Positions 1-14,084 of a stretch of 64,000 nt of DNA are shown in pieces. Positions within the stretch are counted from its first letter, which is position 1. Each line of letters starts with the position of its first letter. The stretch is from Camelus ferus (taxonomy: Eukaryota): the NCBI RefSeq assembly GCF_009834535.1, contig NC_045697.1:85066001-85130000 (forward strand). The letters are read 5' to 3'. The position numbers and the translations under genes were made by a program. A model generated the notes under the pieces. It saw nothing but the letters and a program-made list of their open reading frames with translations, was not told the origin of the DNA and did no database searches.

Positions 1-168
1 AATTTGGTTTGCTAATATTTTGATGAGGATTTTTCTGTCTGTGTTCATCAGTTATATTGCCCTGTAGTTTTCTCTTCTGTGGTCTCTTTCTCCGGTTTTG
101 GTATCAGGGTGATGCTGGCCTCAAAGAATGAGTTCAGAAGCATTCCTTCCTCTTCAGTTTTTTGGAAT
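1..168 (-). mobile_element. LINE-1 ORF2 fragment (old), cut by the window edge
   Basis: Antisense L1 ORF2 signature: tttgctaatattttg..aggatttt..tgttcatcag..ggttttggtatcagggtgatgctggcctca..gaatgagtt..agcattccttcctcttcagttttttggaa. Confidence 0.85.
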
Positions 169-769
169 TTGTGATTATAAGATTAACCATAAAACAAAAA
201 CCTTCCAGTGGATTTGGTCTAGCTTATCTAGGCTGAGACACAGTGATGCAAGTGCAGTTGCTTAACTATGGCCCACAGTAGCTGTTATTGCTCTTGTATA
301 TATAACTGTGTCATTTAAATAGATACATAGTCACTTACGAATGTTCTGGAATCTCTAAATTTATGAAAAGGGCCCTTATTCTGTGGTACACCCCAGAGCA
401 CTCTGGTCAGTACTCTGCAAATAACTAATAAACTCTCGTTATAAAGCAGTATATGGATAAAACCCAACTCACAAAAAGGTTCCCATTGAAATCCATAAAG
501 CAATACATTAATAGCTATCTGAACAATTTAGTAAGAAGATAACTTCTTGTTCCTTAAAAACATTTAGTTACCACCTGTCTCATTCAAAAATTTTCTCTGA
601 TTCAGTGAAATAATCTTCTACCCACAGACCCTCATAATTATTCCTAAGTTTCAATACTAGATATTGTACCAATTATTTTTTTCTTTGTGAAAGATGTTGA
701 TATTGGAATAGTATATTCTTTGTTTCCAGAGAATTTGATATACAATCAGAGATTTTTTAAATTTACGTC

Positions 770-882
770 TTAAATTTTTTAATTTAATTTTTTATTTTTA
801 TACAATTTTGAAAGGTTACTTTTCATTCACAGTTATCACAAAATATTGGCTATATTCCCCATGTTGTACAATAAGTCCTTGA
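770..882 (-). mobile_element. Short 5'-truncated L1 3' end (cetartiodactyl-type)
   Basis: T-rich tail followed by aaaggttact..cagttatcacaaaatattggctatattccccatgttgtacaata, recalled as an L1 3' terminus. Confidence 0.65.
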
Positions 883-3316
883 CAGATTTTGACTCTAAAA
901 AACGTATTACTTCCAAAATCTTGAAAGTCAGTGTCTGCTCTTTCTACATTAGGCTTTTCCCCATTGGAAATTCTTGCAAACTATTATTTACGTGTAATTA
1001 AGAATGCGATTCATACTAAAAAATATTAATTGCCAAAATAAGTGGTAGAAATAGTAAGTTATATAAATATATATGTTTACAAAAGCAAACTCATTCTTTA
1101 TAGTAAATAGAAAAATACAGATGGAAAAATTTGTGTTTCTTTAGTATATATTTTTCAGTGTCTGTTCAAAAGTATAATCTTATTTTTCTAGTTTCTGCAT
1201 TCCTTTTAATGCATTCACATACAGAAAATAGAATTCATAAAGATCAAATTGTTTTAAGTGTGTTTTACACTTAATTTTATTTTGCCTATTAAAAATACAA
1301 ACTTTTTGATGATAAGGGCATGTTTGCAATCATTCAGAATAATTTTGCACCCAGTAAGTAAATCTAGAGATCAAATTATTAGATTTAATTTTAGGAATCC
1401 ACGTTATTTTAAATAACCTTTGATATCTGATTTTTAATAATACAACAAAGACTTGATAAATAGCAAAGCTGAACAAAGTGAAAATGGTGTTAACAAGATA
1501 GCCTGGCAGCAGATATCAATTCTCACTTGTTAAATGCTTTGAGCATCACAGCCAATAACATAGCCTATCTAAAATCTAACATTGAATGAACACCAACAAA
1601 TTAAGAATTAAAATATTTTGAGTAAGTATTTTAATTTCTGAGTAAATAAATAAGTGACGTTCATTGCCTGCAAACATGATCTGGACTGTTACAAGATTGA
1701 AATTACAGACTTCCACGATGACATTCCACATTTTTCATCCTCACAAAACCAAATCTACATCTAGTTTTCAGTGGCCTCTAGAATTAATAGTTGGGGTTGG
1801 CCATCTCTGATGCAACAGAAGATCTTAGAACAGGAAATGTGTTATTAATCCTCACAAGTAATGGAGATTATTAAGAAATTTATGTCATGTAGTAGGTGTG
1901 AGCATGACAATCATTTTTTATGTATCTACATAAGAAACTTGTGTTACTAGTATTTCTTTTTCACATAAAATTATTAGAAAGAAATCAGCTTGATGCGCTA
2001 TTATTAATCATTAACAATTTGCCACTTAAGATAAAATAATTTCTGAGGGGGCAAAAAAAAAAAAAAAAACCTGCCTTAATGTGCACTCCAGAAACTTGGA
2101 ATAATCAGAAGAAAGAGTATTAGGGGAATATTACTTTACTCTCTAATAGTGTATAGGCAATCCAAATCCAGTCATTTTCTCTCAGTTTTTCACTCTATGC
2201 TTTAGGAGAAAAAATGTACTTTCACCGTAGTGCCTTAGAAAGGAGTAAGAGTATTATGAAATATTTTTAGAGCAAAAATGAATGTTTCATCTATCGTATA
2301 TTACTTATTTTTGTCTGCCATACTTTCTTGTACTTTCAATGAAATTTCTGGTTAGTTTTTCATGATATAAGCACACATTGGGATATTTCCAGATATGTAG
2401 TCAAATTGCACACAAAAGTAACTTGTATTTGAAGATAACACTATTGATAGCATAAGCTTTACACACTAAAGAAACGAGATTTTCTGAGTTTCTTTAAAAG
2501 TCAGTTGTTACTCTCATTATTATTGGCCTTTAATTCTTTTATATTTATAAATTTTTAGCTCTCATTTCTTCACATTTTTATACTTTACATTTCATAGCAC
2601 TTGTGGCACTAAAATAGTTCTCAGATAGACTGATGAATCTCTCCACCAAAAGACCCCCTGGTTGAGGACAGAATATGCACCTTATTTGACTTCATCCATC
2701 CCAAGCAAAAGAACTTGGTACCTAGTAGGCATTAGAGTAATAATTTTTAGATTAACTAAGCATAACTACTTGAGATAACTTAGTAGACATCTACAAGTCT
2801 ACACCAAAGAGCCCACCTGCAATAATATTTCTGGGTACTGTAGAATCCATGAGGACAATTGAGATGGTCACACCATCTGCGAGAAGGCATGGGCCCTGGT
2901 GAGGGGAAATTACCACATGCTTTGACCCTCTATTTTTTCATACAAGTGAAATCTAAAAATGTATCTCAGTGATATTGAACAAAAAAGTGAAAGAAATTAT
3001 CATAAAAGAATCATAAATGTTTGGGGGCCTATCAGGAGAAGCAGGGCCAGTTTTAGACCAGTGCATGTTGTTTGAGGGCTTTGTGCACCTTAGGTAATTT
3101 TTCAGTGCTGACTGGTGACAATAGACTTTCTGCCTTTTTCTCCCTTATCCAATTCAGTAATTCCATTCTAGCCTCAGATGCCTGGTCCTTTTAAGGGGTT
3201 GAAGAATGGGAGGCAAAGAGCAAGACCCAGGGCAATCACTCCAATTTGTCATCCCCTGCCCATCGGAGAGGGATTCCTATAGAAGGAGGAAGAATGAATG
3301 AAAATGGAGTGAAAGG

Positions 3317-3320
<4 letters not shown>

Positions 3321-3370
<50 letters not shown>
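3321..3370. repeat. (GT)25 microsatellite
   Basis: Perfect dinucleotide run, read directly. Confidence 0.99.
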
Positions 3371-3372
<2 letters not shown>

Positions 3373-5689
3373 TCTGAATCACATAGAGAGTTATAAACTG
3401 TCTTAATCTCATACCAGCACATTCTATCGCATAAACAGAGTTAAGTTCATCACAACCTGTCTTCTGTGTCTAGGATAGAGAGCAGTTTCCTCACATTTCA
3501 ATACCTAACTTTCTATTCTATGAAGTCTTGCTCGTGGTCTTAAGGGAGAGCCCTCATTGCTTTTTGCAGATATCTCCTAGAGATCCCCAGAACTCTTTTA
3601 ATTTCTGTTAATTTTTCTCCATTCAGTAAGGGAAGAAGAGCTCTAGGAAGAATTAGGCTTTACCTAACAAAACATTAGGGCCCAAAACTTCTCGTGGTTC
3701 AGTCTCTCCTCATTAGTGTCACAGGGGTGTTCCCTCTGACTCCTTTCTAGCTGGGAAAGATGAGGATTTTTTGAGAGGCACGGTCCTAAGAGCACCATCA
3801 AATTGTGCTGGTCAGAGACCTCATGAATATTCACAGGAAAAATAAAGAAAGCAGCATCTCCTTTCAGTCCCAGAAGACAGACCTCTGACTCGGTGCCTGC
3901 CACATGCTGGTGTTTTCTTCCATTCCTCAGCAGTTCCACGTAATAGCTTGTTGTGGAGCTTTCTACATGAGCCAGTTCCACTGGAAATTCTGTTTATTTT
4001 ATGATTTTTGAAATATAGTGGAGACATTTTCAATTGAGTATGAGAAAATCATACTTCCCTAAAGAGTAAGCTTCAAGTTATAGCAAGTTGAAACATTTTT
4101 TTTTTCTCCCTCTCTCTCTGCCATGCATGGTAACTTTCCAACCTTATACTTTGAGGGGTAGTTTAAGTCAGCAAGTTACTGAGTTTTGAGCAACTCAAAT
4201 GTTGCAAAACTTGACAACAGTCCTTCTGTAGGTTTTATTTTCTCCGAATACAGACAGCACAGACATACTCCCTTTGTTATACCTTATTTACTACGAATCA
4301 TCTCTTCACTAATGTGCATATGACCACTCATTTCCTTAGAAAAAGCTATATATTTCCCTTCCACAAATGAAATTCAATGCATACTTATCAGAAAGTCTCA
4401 TATTACTGTTTTTTCAAAAAGTAAAAGTTGCCTGAGCAGAAAATGCCCTCCTTTACAACTACCAGTCAGGACAGTGCATCTAGCCTTGGTTCCTCCCACA
4501 CATTTAATCTCAAAGGGCATTAGTGGAAGGAAAATGCTAACAGATGGACAGGCTTTTGTTGATAGTGTTCCTTTTAAGTAGGAGTACATTGTGATCTGTT
4601 GCAGAAAAAAAAAAGGGGGGGAAGAAAAAAAACAACTAAGCACCTTTTTTCTTTCCCAGATGGGCTGCAAGTATCCTTCTTGCCTGTGCTTTTGGTTGCT
4701 AGTTCAGCTTTTCTTACGGAGGTCAGCAGTAGGTCATTTATAGAGTGTTGGCAATTTGTGCTAGGTGCTTTGCAAACAGAGTCCCTCCCTGTCTGCTGGA
4801 CTTGAAGCACAAATAAAAACTGAAATAGTGAGGCCAGAAATAATGTGCAAAACGAAACGGCTGAAACGTTTTTTTAAGTGTCTGGTGTTAAAAAATTTAT
4901 TATGCGCATCAATTTTTACAGTTCGCTCCCTGCTTTTATTTCCCCTTGTCTTGATTCACAAATTCGTCATTTAGTTTATAAAGCATATTTTGAAGTGAGC
5001 CATCTTGTTTTGATCATGGTACATGGAAAAGGTAGACCAAGGTTTATAACCTTCGCAAGATATTGGTCTCCTGGTACAAAACCAGACTTAATTTTATTAA
5101 CTCTTCACAGAAATCTGAACAGCAATGCTAAGAAAGCCTATAGAGGTATAGTCAAGACATACCTCTAACGCAACTTGTTGCTCCTTAAAAATAAATACAG
5201 CTTTATAAGAAATGAGCCAGGTGAATGTTTTTCTAGAAATAAAAGTTACCTGCATAGATGAAGTAAATGAATGTGTGGATTCTGATAATATGTTGTTCCC
5301 CACAAATAATTAAATTTTTCACACAACTAGGTGCCTTGGGGAGAATATAATGCAACTCACACGATTTACCATTAGTTTTATTATTGGCAAGAAGTAAAAG
5401 GCCAAACTGCTTTACCCTGGATTCCACCTTTTTACCTATTGATTTTAGCTACAATTTTAGATTGAAAAATTGTAACGTATGAAAGTCCCAAAGTTACTAT
5501 ACCAGCATATTTTGTATGTTTATATTCACAAACTCTCTTATTGGAGTTTTGAGAAGTTTCAGAGATTTTTATTTTAAACTTCTAGTTTTTCTTCCCCTGA
5601 TTTATCAAGGGGCTCCAAGTAAATTATTATTTTAATACGGAAGTTGTTTCACCATTTCATATAAAGTAATAAAAATTAAAGTAATACTA

Positions 5690-5880
5690 GCTAATATTTA
5701 TTGGTTACTCACCAGGTGCCAGGCACTGTGCTGAGTACCTCATTTATATTACCTGAATCAAAGAACTGTGGGAGCTTTATGGCCTTAATTTATTATCCTC
5801 ATTTTATAGCTGAAGAGATTAAGAAACTTGTCCCAGATACAAAGCGAGCTCTTAGAGGAGCTGGGGTTTTCTTCCAATCT
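5690..5880 (-). mobile_element. MIR SINE
   Basis: atatttattggttactcaccaggtgccaggcactgtgctgag..ttattatcctcattttatagctgaagag..aacttgtcccag matches the MIR core in antisense. Confidence 0.8.
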
Positions 5881-6112
5881 ATTATAAAAATTTGCTTGAG
5901 AAAGGGCACTGAAAATTTCTTATTTTTCCCTTAATATCCAAATAGAACAGGCCATGTAGGATCCCCAGAAAGACTAGGGCTTAAGGAGAAAAAGAAGAGT
6001 CGGTAAGAAGTAACCCTGAGCTGCACGCAGAGCTGGCTGCTGCGCACTCAGACGGCCACTTCTCTGACCAGTGACTTCCAAGTTTCCTTGTCATGATCTG
6101 TAGCATAAAATT

Positions 6113-6156
6113 CAGTGTACACTGTGAGTCAGTGTACACTGTGAGCCAGTATACAC
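6113..6156. repeat. 17-bp tandem repeat (about 2.6 copies) containing the palindrome CAGTGTACACTG
   Basis: cagtgtacactgtgagt / cagtgtacactgtgagc / cagtatacac. Confidence 0.9.
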
Positions 6157-7846
6157 ACACACTTGCATGCACACATAAACATTCTGTATAACTGAATCCC
6201 GTTTTATGAAGGAGTATTTAGCCTTACTCAGATTATGATTTCTCACATTTTATTCCCTCGTATTTCATTTAAACTGTTTGTCAAGCCTGACTTAAGACCA
6301 CTTCATGATTTTATTATTATAACTTGAAAAAATGCTGAGGTGAACTTGAGAGGGCTTTGTATCTGTGTCTCCTTTGACATTTGATAATATTCTTTTCCTA
6401 AGAATTGTGCTTTTTTTTTCCTGTCATAAGCAAAACATTAAGGAGTCAAGTGTATGGAGTCTTGGCCAAGGGAGACCCCAGGTCTGTAATCACTGTGGGG
6501 ATACTTTGATTTGTAATTCATGCTTAAACAACATGAGCAAACCGCACTTGGGAGAACCCCTAGGTCTGTAATCACTGTGAATAAACATTCAGCCAAGCAC
6601 CGGGCTTGATGTGCACAGGAAAACTCAGGGAAGGAACAGCCACTCAAACAGGATGTGAGAGGACAAAGACTGTTGAGGGGAATACCAAACAATTCATCCT
6701 GGAGACTTGATTCAACAAAAAATCATGAAAAATCCTTAAAGCATAGAATAACACGTGTGGTGCATGTACATGTGTGGGGAACGTGTGGATTCAGACTGCA
6801 CTGAACACTCTCAGTGTCGTGAAGGAAGGGAGGTCTTCAGTGATTTCTCAATTCATAATCCATCTTAAGGTCCTCACACTGAGGAGACAGCAATCATAAA
6901 ATCAAAGTGGAGAAAACTTCACCTAGATTTCATATTCAGAAAACTAAGTTCGAGGCAGGGGGGACCTTTAAAAGAGCCTTTTAACACACAATTTTGCAAA
7001 TAATTCAGAATTTTGAGTAACTATTAATGGGGGAAATTTGACATGTAAATACAGGACAATAAAGAGATGTGGGAATACTGAATACCAAATTCTGTAAGAA
7101 ATTTCTCATTTCCAATAGATTAGTACTTGCAGATATTTAAACATTAAACCCTGTGGCTGAAAAATATAAAATTAATAATTAAAGATAAAATATATATTTA
7201 ATCTCTTTAGAAGGTGAAATAAGAGAATTGACTGTATTGATTATACCTGGTATCCAAGATTTTGTGCTTGAGATCATACCAGCAAGGCAAAGGCATCCCA
7301 ACCTGACACGTGAACATGGTAGTATCACTCTCTGGCTTAAAATCCTTCCATGCCTTCCTATGGCCTTTGGAATAATATTTAACCCTGTCATGGAAAATAG
7401 AGCCCTTATGCTCTAGTTCCTAACTACATGCCTACCTTCGTCCCCTCTCCAAAATTCAAATATCAACTAAATCTAAATATTTATGATAGTAAAGAATCAT
7501 GACTTTATACATGCATTTCCTTAGGTTTTTATACTTCATTAGTGTGTTAATTAACAGAAATGATAATATCCCAGTTCAGTTTATATTTTTTAAGTGATTA
7601 GTTACCGACAACAGGTAAGTAAACAGGAGCCACCACTATTCACAATTTGCAGCAAGACTTCTGTGAATGGATTCATTCATTCTACACTCCACCTGGACAT
7701 ACCAATGAATTGTTTGAAAGCCAGCAGATCATACTATCACCAAGGACCAAGATCTATAGCAAATTTTTCCTCAATAATTACAAGGATGTGACTTCAGAAA
7801 TAGGATATTGTGAAGATAATCCTTTAATAATAATTCTTTTGTTTAC

Positions 7847-8250
7847 ATGCTGCGATGGGCTCTGCTGGTGGCCTGCCCACATCCCATTACCACCTGGTTA
7901 CAAACAGCCTCCATCATTATGAGTGTTGGCTGTTAACTGTTAATAGCTGCCCCTTCTTGGTACAATTTCCCTTGGCTAACCAGAAGCCACCTCGCAGAGA
8001 AGTTCTATTTCCCCACAGGCTGAAGCAGCCTGACTCACAGCGGGTTACAGAAGTTGGTGCCCTCTTCCTTAAATCAACTGTGGTATACTGTCCTCCACAG
8101 CTACCTGAGACCGTATCTTTGCTTAGCTTCTTCCCCTGGCCAGTCCTGCTTCCCTTGTTTTCAGCTTCCTGAAAGCATTCCTTCCATAAGTGACATGCAC
8201 CCAGATTCTCATCTTAGACTCTGATTCAGAGGAACCCATCTGAAGAAACA
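7847..8250 (+). mobile_element. ERVL solo LTR, LTR16-like
   Basis: 3' part ttgcttagcttcttcccctggccagtcctgcttccc..agcattccttccataagtgacatgcacccagattctcatcttagactctg..gaggaaccca resembles the LTR16 family end. Confidence 0.7.
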
Positions 8251-9269
8251 TGTTCCCTTGTGCTTTGATTCCCAATTGTTACTGAATAAACAATACGCTG
8301 GCATGTTTTCTAACATTCTTAAAAACACAATAGACATTCATCTTACTATGGTATGTGTATTGAAAGGTTGGTGGTTGTGATTTTCTTTAATAAAGTTTCC
8401 CTTTATATGTACAATTTAATTCTTTTCCTATGAAATAGTGTTGCTTTACTATAAAGCTTTCCTATGACATAAGTTATTGGTCAAGATAAAGAAACCAATT
8501 GCCTTTTCTAAAGGCCATATAACATCTTATAATCAATAAATAGATTAGGTAAAGACATGATATGCTTTTCCTAGATATGCCTTTGTCTGCATGCTCATAA
8601 TGGTACATGCTTTCTAATATGTAATTACCTAACAACTGCCCAGCATCATAAAGGGATGCCCAGTGTTCCGATTTTTAAAAACAGAAATCTGTCTCTGCTC
8701 TTGAAGTGTTTATACAATTTATCTCCTGTATTTTTTTTCAGAATGCTTGCTTGAAAAGTATACAAATAAGAATAAACGTCCACTTGTTACTTTTCTAAAC
8801 CTTTTTTTTGGGGGATACCATCTGTCCTTTTGCTGAAACACAAAATCAGAGCATGCTTCTCTTTTCACCCCTGTTGCAGCCCCTTATAAGGTACAAAATT
8901 TGCAAACCACTCCCAGGAGTTTAGTCATAATGCTAGCTCAGGCTGCTTAAATTCCAGTGTCATAGTCAACTGTTCAGTTTAAATGGCAGTTATAGCTAAG
9001 CATGTTCATTACACAACTGAATTACTGTTGTGTTAATGATCTCTGTTTATTCTCCAAGTGTCTTCCACACTGAAAATGGCACAGTGTTGCTCAGGAGACA
9101 ACTATAAAATATAAGCCTATTTGAAATTAACACAGATATTTAGACAATCCATAGAAATATTTACCCACAAACTAATTGTAGGTTTTGCCTTCTGGATATT
9201 TATTTTATGAACTTGGATTAGAGAATTCCCACAGGCACTATACAATTCAAAAAACAAGAAATTATTTTC

Positions 9270-10500
9270 TGAAATACTGATGCTTTTGCGTGTGAACACT
9301 CATCCAAATCCTGGTAAAGGTCGGGGTTGCACAGGTGTTCTCATTTGTCAAAAGTCAGAAAATAACACACATTAGATTTGTGAATTATATGCAAGTTTTG
9401 GTTTTTTGCAAAGAGCTATAAGCAAGTACTGAACAATTGTTAGTGATATGTATGTTAAAGTATTTAGAGGAAAATTATGCTTTGAAATAAATAAAATAGG
9501 GGAATTTATTAAAGAACAGAAGTTAGGATAGAGCAATAAATATATAATAAAGCAAATACAACAAAATATTAATTATAAAATCTAAGTGGTTGGTATATAG
9601 ATGTTGATATGCAATTACTTCAACTTTTTTAAGTGCTTAAACATTTTTATCACAATATATTAGGGGAACTTTTTGTCTCAAGCAAATAGAAACTGTATTA
9701 TGTTCCAGTGATTTTACCTCTGACAATTAAAGTTAATCATGAAAGTTAATCATGTCAGAACACTGTCTTGGAATGTTTGGAAAATGAGTTTAATATTTTG
9801 TAATTAATACATTTATGTCAAATTTGAACTGGAATTATACCAAGTGACTTTTACAAGCAATAATTTGACTGTATGCCAATTATTATTCTTAATAGGATTA
9901 TAACTTTAGAACAAAATGAAATATACAAATAATCTTACACTGCTTTTAGTAAGTATATTTTTCATAATAGGGTTGATATTTCTATTCTAAAACTATTGTT
10001 TGCCTTTATTATATGATAAGGAAAATGAGTAATTATGTTTGTGACATTGAAAATGAATACTTTTCCAGTGTGACAGAAGAATATATATTTAAGATCTATG
10101 GACTTAATTAAAATCTTATAATCCTGAATTTGTACTGGAAGGTATTAAACTCATGATACATTTTATCTATTTTAAAAACCCACTTATCTTGTAGATGTAC
10201 CCACTGATACATCCTAGAAACATTAAACAAAACAGTAGCAGGAAGTCCCTGGGGATACAGCTTTGGTTCCATATACCATCACTCCCTAGAAAGAATCAGA
10301 GCTTCTTGGAGATTTGTGTGCTTTCTGGTTGTCGGTAAGTAATGTATAAAATCAATCTAGGTCATCTTGTCAGAGGATCCAGGAAGCAGCTTGAAGAAGT
10401 ACCTACTCACTGAACATGAAATAATTTAAACATCAATAATGATGATGGCTTCAGTGAGCAGAAGGTTACCTGATATGTTCAAATGCATGCGTTTATAATG
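9270..10500 (+). mobile_element. Ancient L1 (L1MC/L1ME-type) 3' region fragments
   Basis: Degenerate motifs such as ggtgttctcatttgtcaaaagtcag and ataccatcactccctagaaagaatcagagcttcttggaga; boundaries approximate. Confidence 0.55.
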
Positions 10501-10534
10501 ATACTAAAACATCTACTCAATAGAATAGACCACA

Positions 10535-10725
10535 ACATGATCCAGATGTTAAAATTAGCATAAAAAGACTTTAATGCAGCTATTATAAATACAGTTCAAA
10601 GACTTAAAGATAATACTGTCATAATGAGTAAACAGATGTGGGATCTCAGCAGCAATTAAAATCTAAAAAAACATATAGAACTTCAAAATATAATATCTGA
10701 AATAATTCAGATAGACTGGAAAGAA
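10535..10725 (+). mobile_element. Ancient L1 5'/ORF1-region fragment
   Basis: ccagatgttaaaattagca..aaagactttaatgcagctattataaat..gacttaaag. Confidence 0.55.
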
Positions 10726-11639
10726 ACAAATTACTTCTCAAAGTCAATTTTTAAAAAGTCGATTTTTATGGATACTAAGAAACCAACTCATTTAGCAAAC
10801 TGGTATATAAAATAGCAACTGATAAAAAAGAAAATAGGAAATAAAGAAAAAAAATCACGTATTTATTCTGACTTTTATTTGAGAATTGTATCTCAGGGTA
10901 ATAAAAAAGATAATGAGGCTAAGTTTCTCTTTAGAAAAGTTTTCTAATTAGTACATGAAAAAAGAAGTAGTATATCTCCATTTGTCTACCTCTAATTAAA
11001 TAATGACTCTAAGAAAGTTACCATCACTGGTTACTATTACCAGTCTGAATTCAGCCAGGAAAACGGAGCTAGTTAAGTATTATAGAAATAAAAGTTTTAT
11101 TATAGGAATCAGTGCTTACATTAATGTAAATGTGAGCAAGAAAAGTAAAGATCTGGAGGGTTACATCCAGAAAGTCAGAGAAACAATAATAAATTACATC
11201 AATCTAAAGTATTGATTAAAACTAGGAGAGGAAGGTAGAGCTCATGAAAAAGTCCAAGAAACGGCTGTATCCATCATGATCATGAAGTACAAGTTCATGA
11301 CAGATTGGTGATGGTGCTGTGTCTGAATATTATGATTGCTAAGATCATTGTGAATTCATGCCTGGCTGCCAAAATCACTAAGAATGACTTTTGTTTTACT
11401 TTCATCTTCCAAATTATGTGTGAGTTTTTCTCATTGGCAAATCCTATGGGGAATCATTCAGGGAATAGTGTACTGGAAAATAGAGTTCCAGCTTTAGAAA
11501 AGTGTAGTTATGCTGCCAAGTTGACAAGAGGCAATTCAACACAGCTGCTAATATCACAAAAAGAAAGAGAACTGGAAAACATGTTTGGTTGGTTGGGAAA
11601 AAGATGTTCTTTTCTATGAAATACTCTTGCAAAAAATAC

Positions 11640-13080
11640 CCAAAACTGAACAATTCCTTAAATTTTCACTTTATACAATAACACTTAGGAATAAATGTAA
11701 CAGAAGACATCCTAAAACACTTCATTTAAATTCATGAAACATTTCTGGGGGAAACTAAATGAGACACAAATAAATGATAATATATACCATGTTCATAGAT
11801 TCAAAGGATTAATATTGTTTGGATTCCAACTCCAATAAAAAATCCAAAATATTTTTAATAAAATGGCAAACTGATGCTAAAATTTATATAGAAATGCAAA
11901 GAACCTAGTATAGTCAAAGCATTCTTTTTTGAGGGGGGTGGGGCACAGATAGTATTTTATTTTATTTTTTGCCAAAGCATTCTTAAAACAGAAAACAAAG
12001 TTGGAGGGTTTACATTACTTTATTTCAAGACTTACTATAAAGCTACAATAATTAAGACAATTAGTATTGACATACAGATAGCCATATAGAACAGTGTAAC
12101 AGATGAGAGAACCTAGACATACATTTACCCATCAACAACTAATTCAACAAAATGGCCATGGCAGTTTAAAGGAGAAAAAAAGTCTTGCAGGAAATGGTGC
12201 TGAAACAACTGAATAAACAGATTTAAAAAGTGAATTGACCTCTACTTTATACCATAACCAAAAAATAATTTGAGGTAATCATAGATCTAAACACAAAAGC
12301 TAAAATTATAAAGTTTCTGGAGGAGGCAAAGATTTTTTACACAACCTTCAGAAAGCAATAGCCATATAAACAAAAGCTGATAAATTAATATCCATCTAGG
12401 TGATGATCTTCTCACCAAAATTACTGCTAAGAAAATGAAAACTAGAGTCATAAACTAGGAGATAATTCTTGTAGCTCACACGTATGACAGTATATAAATA
12501 GAGTTTTGTAGAAATATGCAGTTCTTATATCTGGAACTTGTAAAATCCATCTATAAATCTATCATGTAAAGACAATGACCCATCAAAATACGGGCAAATA
12601 CTTGAACACATACTTCATCAGAGAAGATATATAGATGTCTAATGAGTATTTGTAAAGTTTCTTATCCTTGTTAGTTATCAAGGATATACAATTAAAATGG
12701 TAATAATTTGCCACTTCACATTCAGAAGAATGACTGCAGTTATAAAGACTGGCAAAACTAAATATGGTGAGCATGTAGAACAGCTGGAGCACCAATATAT
12801 TTCTTGTCAAAAAGTAAAATGACACTCCACCTTAGAAAAACATTTGGCAGTTCCTAAAATTAATCATATAATTTCCCTGTAAGAAATAAATTAGACTCCT
12901 AGGTATTTGCCCAAGAAAAATGAAAACATATATCCATAAAAATAACTTAAACAGAATAGACATAGAGGATATTTTCAGTAATGACTCCAATTCAAAACTA
13001 CCCAAATATCATTAATAGAATGGATCAATAAATTGTGTTATGTATGTACAGTAGAATACTGTTTAGCAAAAAAACAAAAA
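11640..13080 (+). mobile_element. Old L1M ORF2 3' half, heavily decayed
   Basis: Colinear L1 ORF2 motifs (taccatgttcatagatt, ctgatgctaaaatttatatagaaatgcaaagaacctag, caagacttactataaagctacaataattaagaca, ctcctaggtatttgcccaagaaaaatgaaaaca); no open frame. Confidence 0.88.
11927..11972 (-). mobile_element. 46-bp insertion with 12-bp TSD, probably a 5'-truncated SINE tail
   Basis: TSD caaagcattctt at 11915-11926 and 11973-11984; insert ttttgaggggggtggggc..tattttattttatttttt resembles the tails of the SINEs at 50.8 kb and 53.3 kb. Confidence 0.65.
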
Positions 13081-14084
13081 CAAATTTTATTCAAGAGTGT
13101 TTTTTGATGTTTCTGTTAGTTTTGATCCAATGTTTCCAACTTTGCATCATATGTGCCACTTTTGGTAAGCATTCTTGGTTATTTTCATTTAATTACAGTT
13201 GCACATTTTATAAAAGCTGCCCTTTTCATCATATTTGGACTTTTTTGCTTTCCCAGTTGAGTATGTTCGGTTATTTTTTATGTCCCTGGGCTGTCTTCAT
13301 CATTCTTACTAGACTTCCTCTGAGGCATTTTGGATAGTTTTAAGCTTTTTCTCTGTCATTTTACTTTTTAATTTCACTTTTCTCTTCCAACTAGTGTCCA
13401 CATTTTCTATAAGTTCTCATTTCTAAAACTGCATAATCACAAGTGAATTCGTTTAAATTCCTTCTTGCACTAGTAGAATATTGACATTCGTTGTCACGTT
13501 GATCAGCATTTCCTACTCATCCACAATTACCTCCTGCATCACTTCATCATCCCAATCTAGTGTAAGACAGACTGCTTCCCTTTCTTCCACATTCAGAAAT
13601 GCTTGCTTTAAAAAAAAATGATCGTTGTACCCCAGATCTCTCCTTTAATAATTACTTTTTGGATTATTAAATTCCATCATGATCATTATATAACATATTT
13701 TTCATTTTCCCAAAAACTGTGGTCAATTTAAACTCACTGGCCTTATCACATGCTTCCTAGTATATTACTTTGACAACATTTGTAGACTTTAAACAAGGAA
13801 TATTTCCAGATCAAGTTTATAATACGTGATTCTTGTGCTTGGCATATTGTGTTCTTATGGCACTTTTGATACTTCTTCTCACAGGCAATAATTTTTCCCA
13901 CTTACATTAATGGTAGCATACTTAGAAGTCATAACAAATATATGAGATGTTGAAAGTAGAGGTATACATTTACATTTACAACTTACTAATTATAATCCTG
14001 TTTTATTTTTTAAGTGAAAGAACTCAATGCTGAGATCAGCTGCATCCACTTTTCTACTGTAATATAAGACCTTTTCCCACTGAG

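Noticed and set aside
6470..6579. Repeat-spacer-repeat as a CRISPR array
   Set aside because: Only two copies, no cas genes, mammalian DNA.
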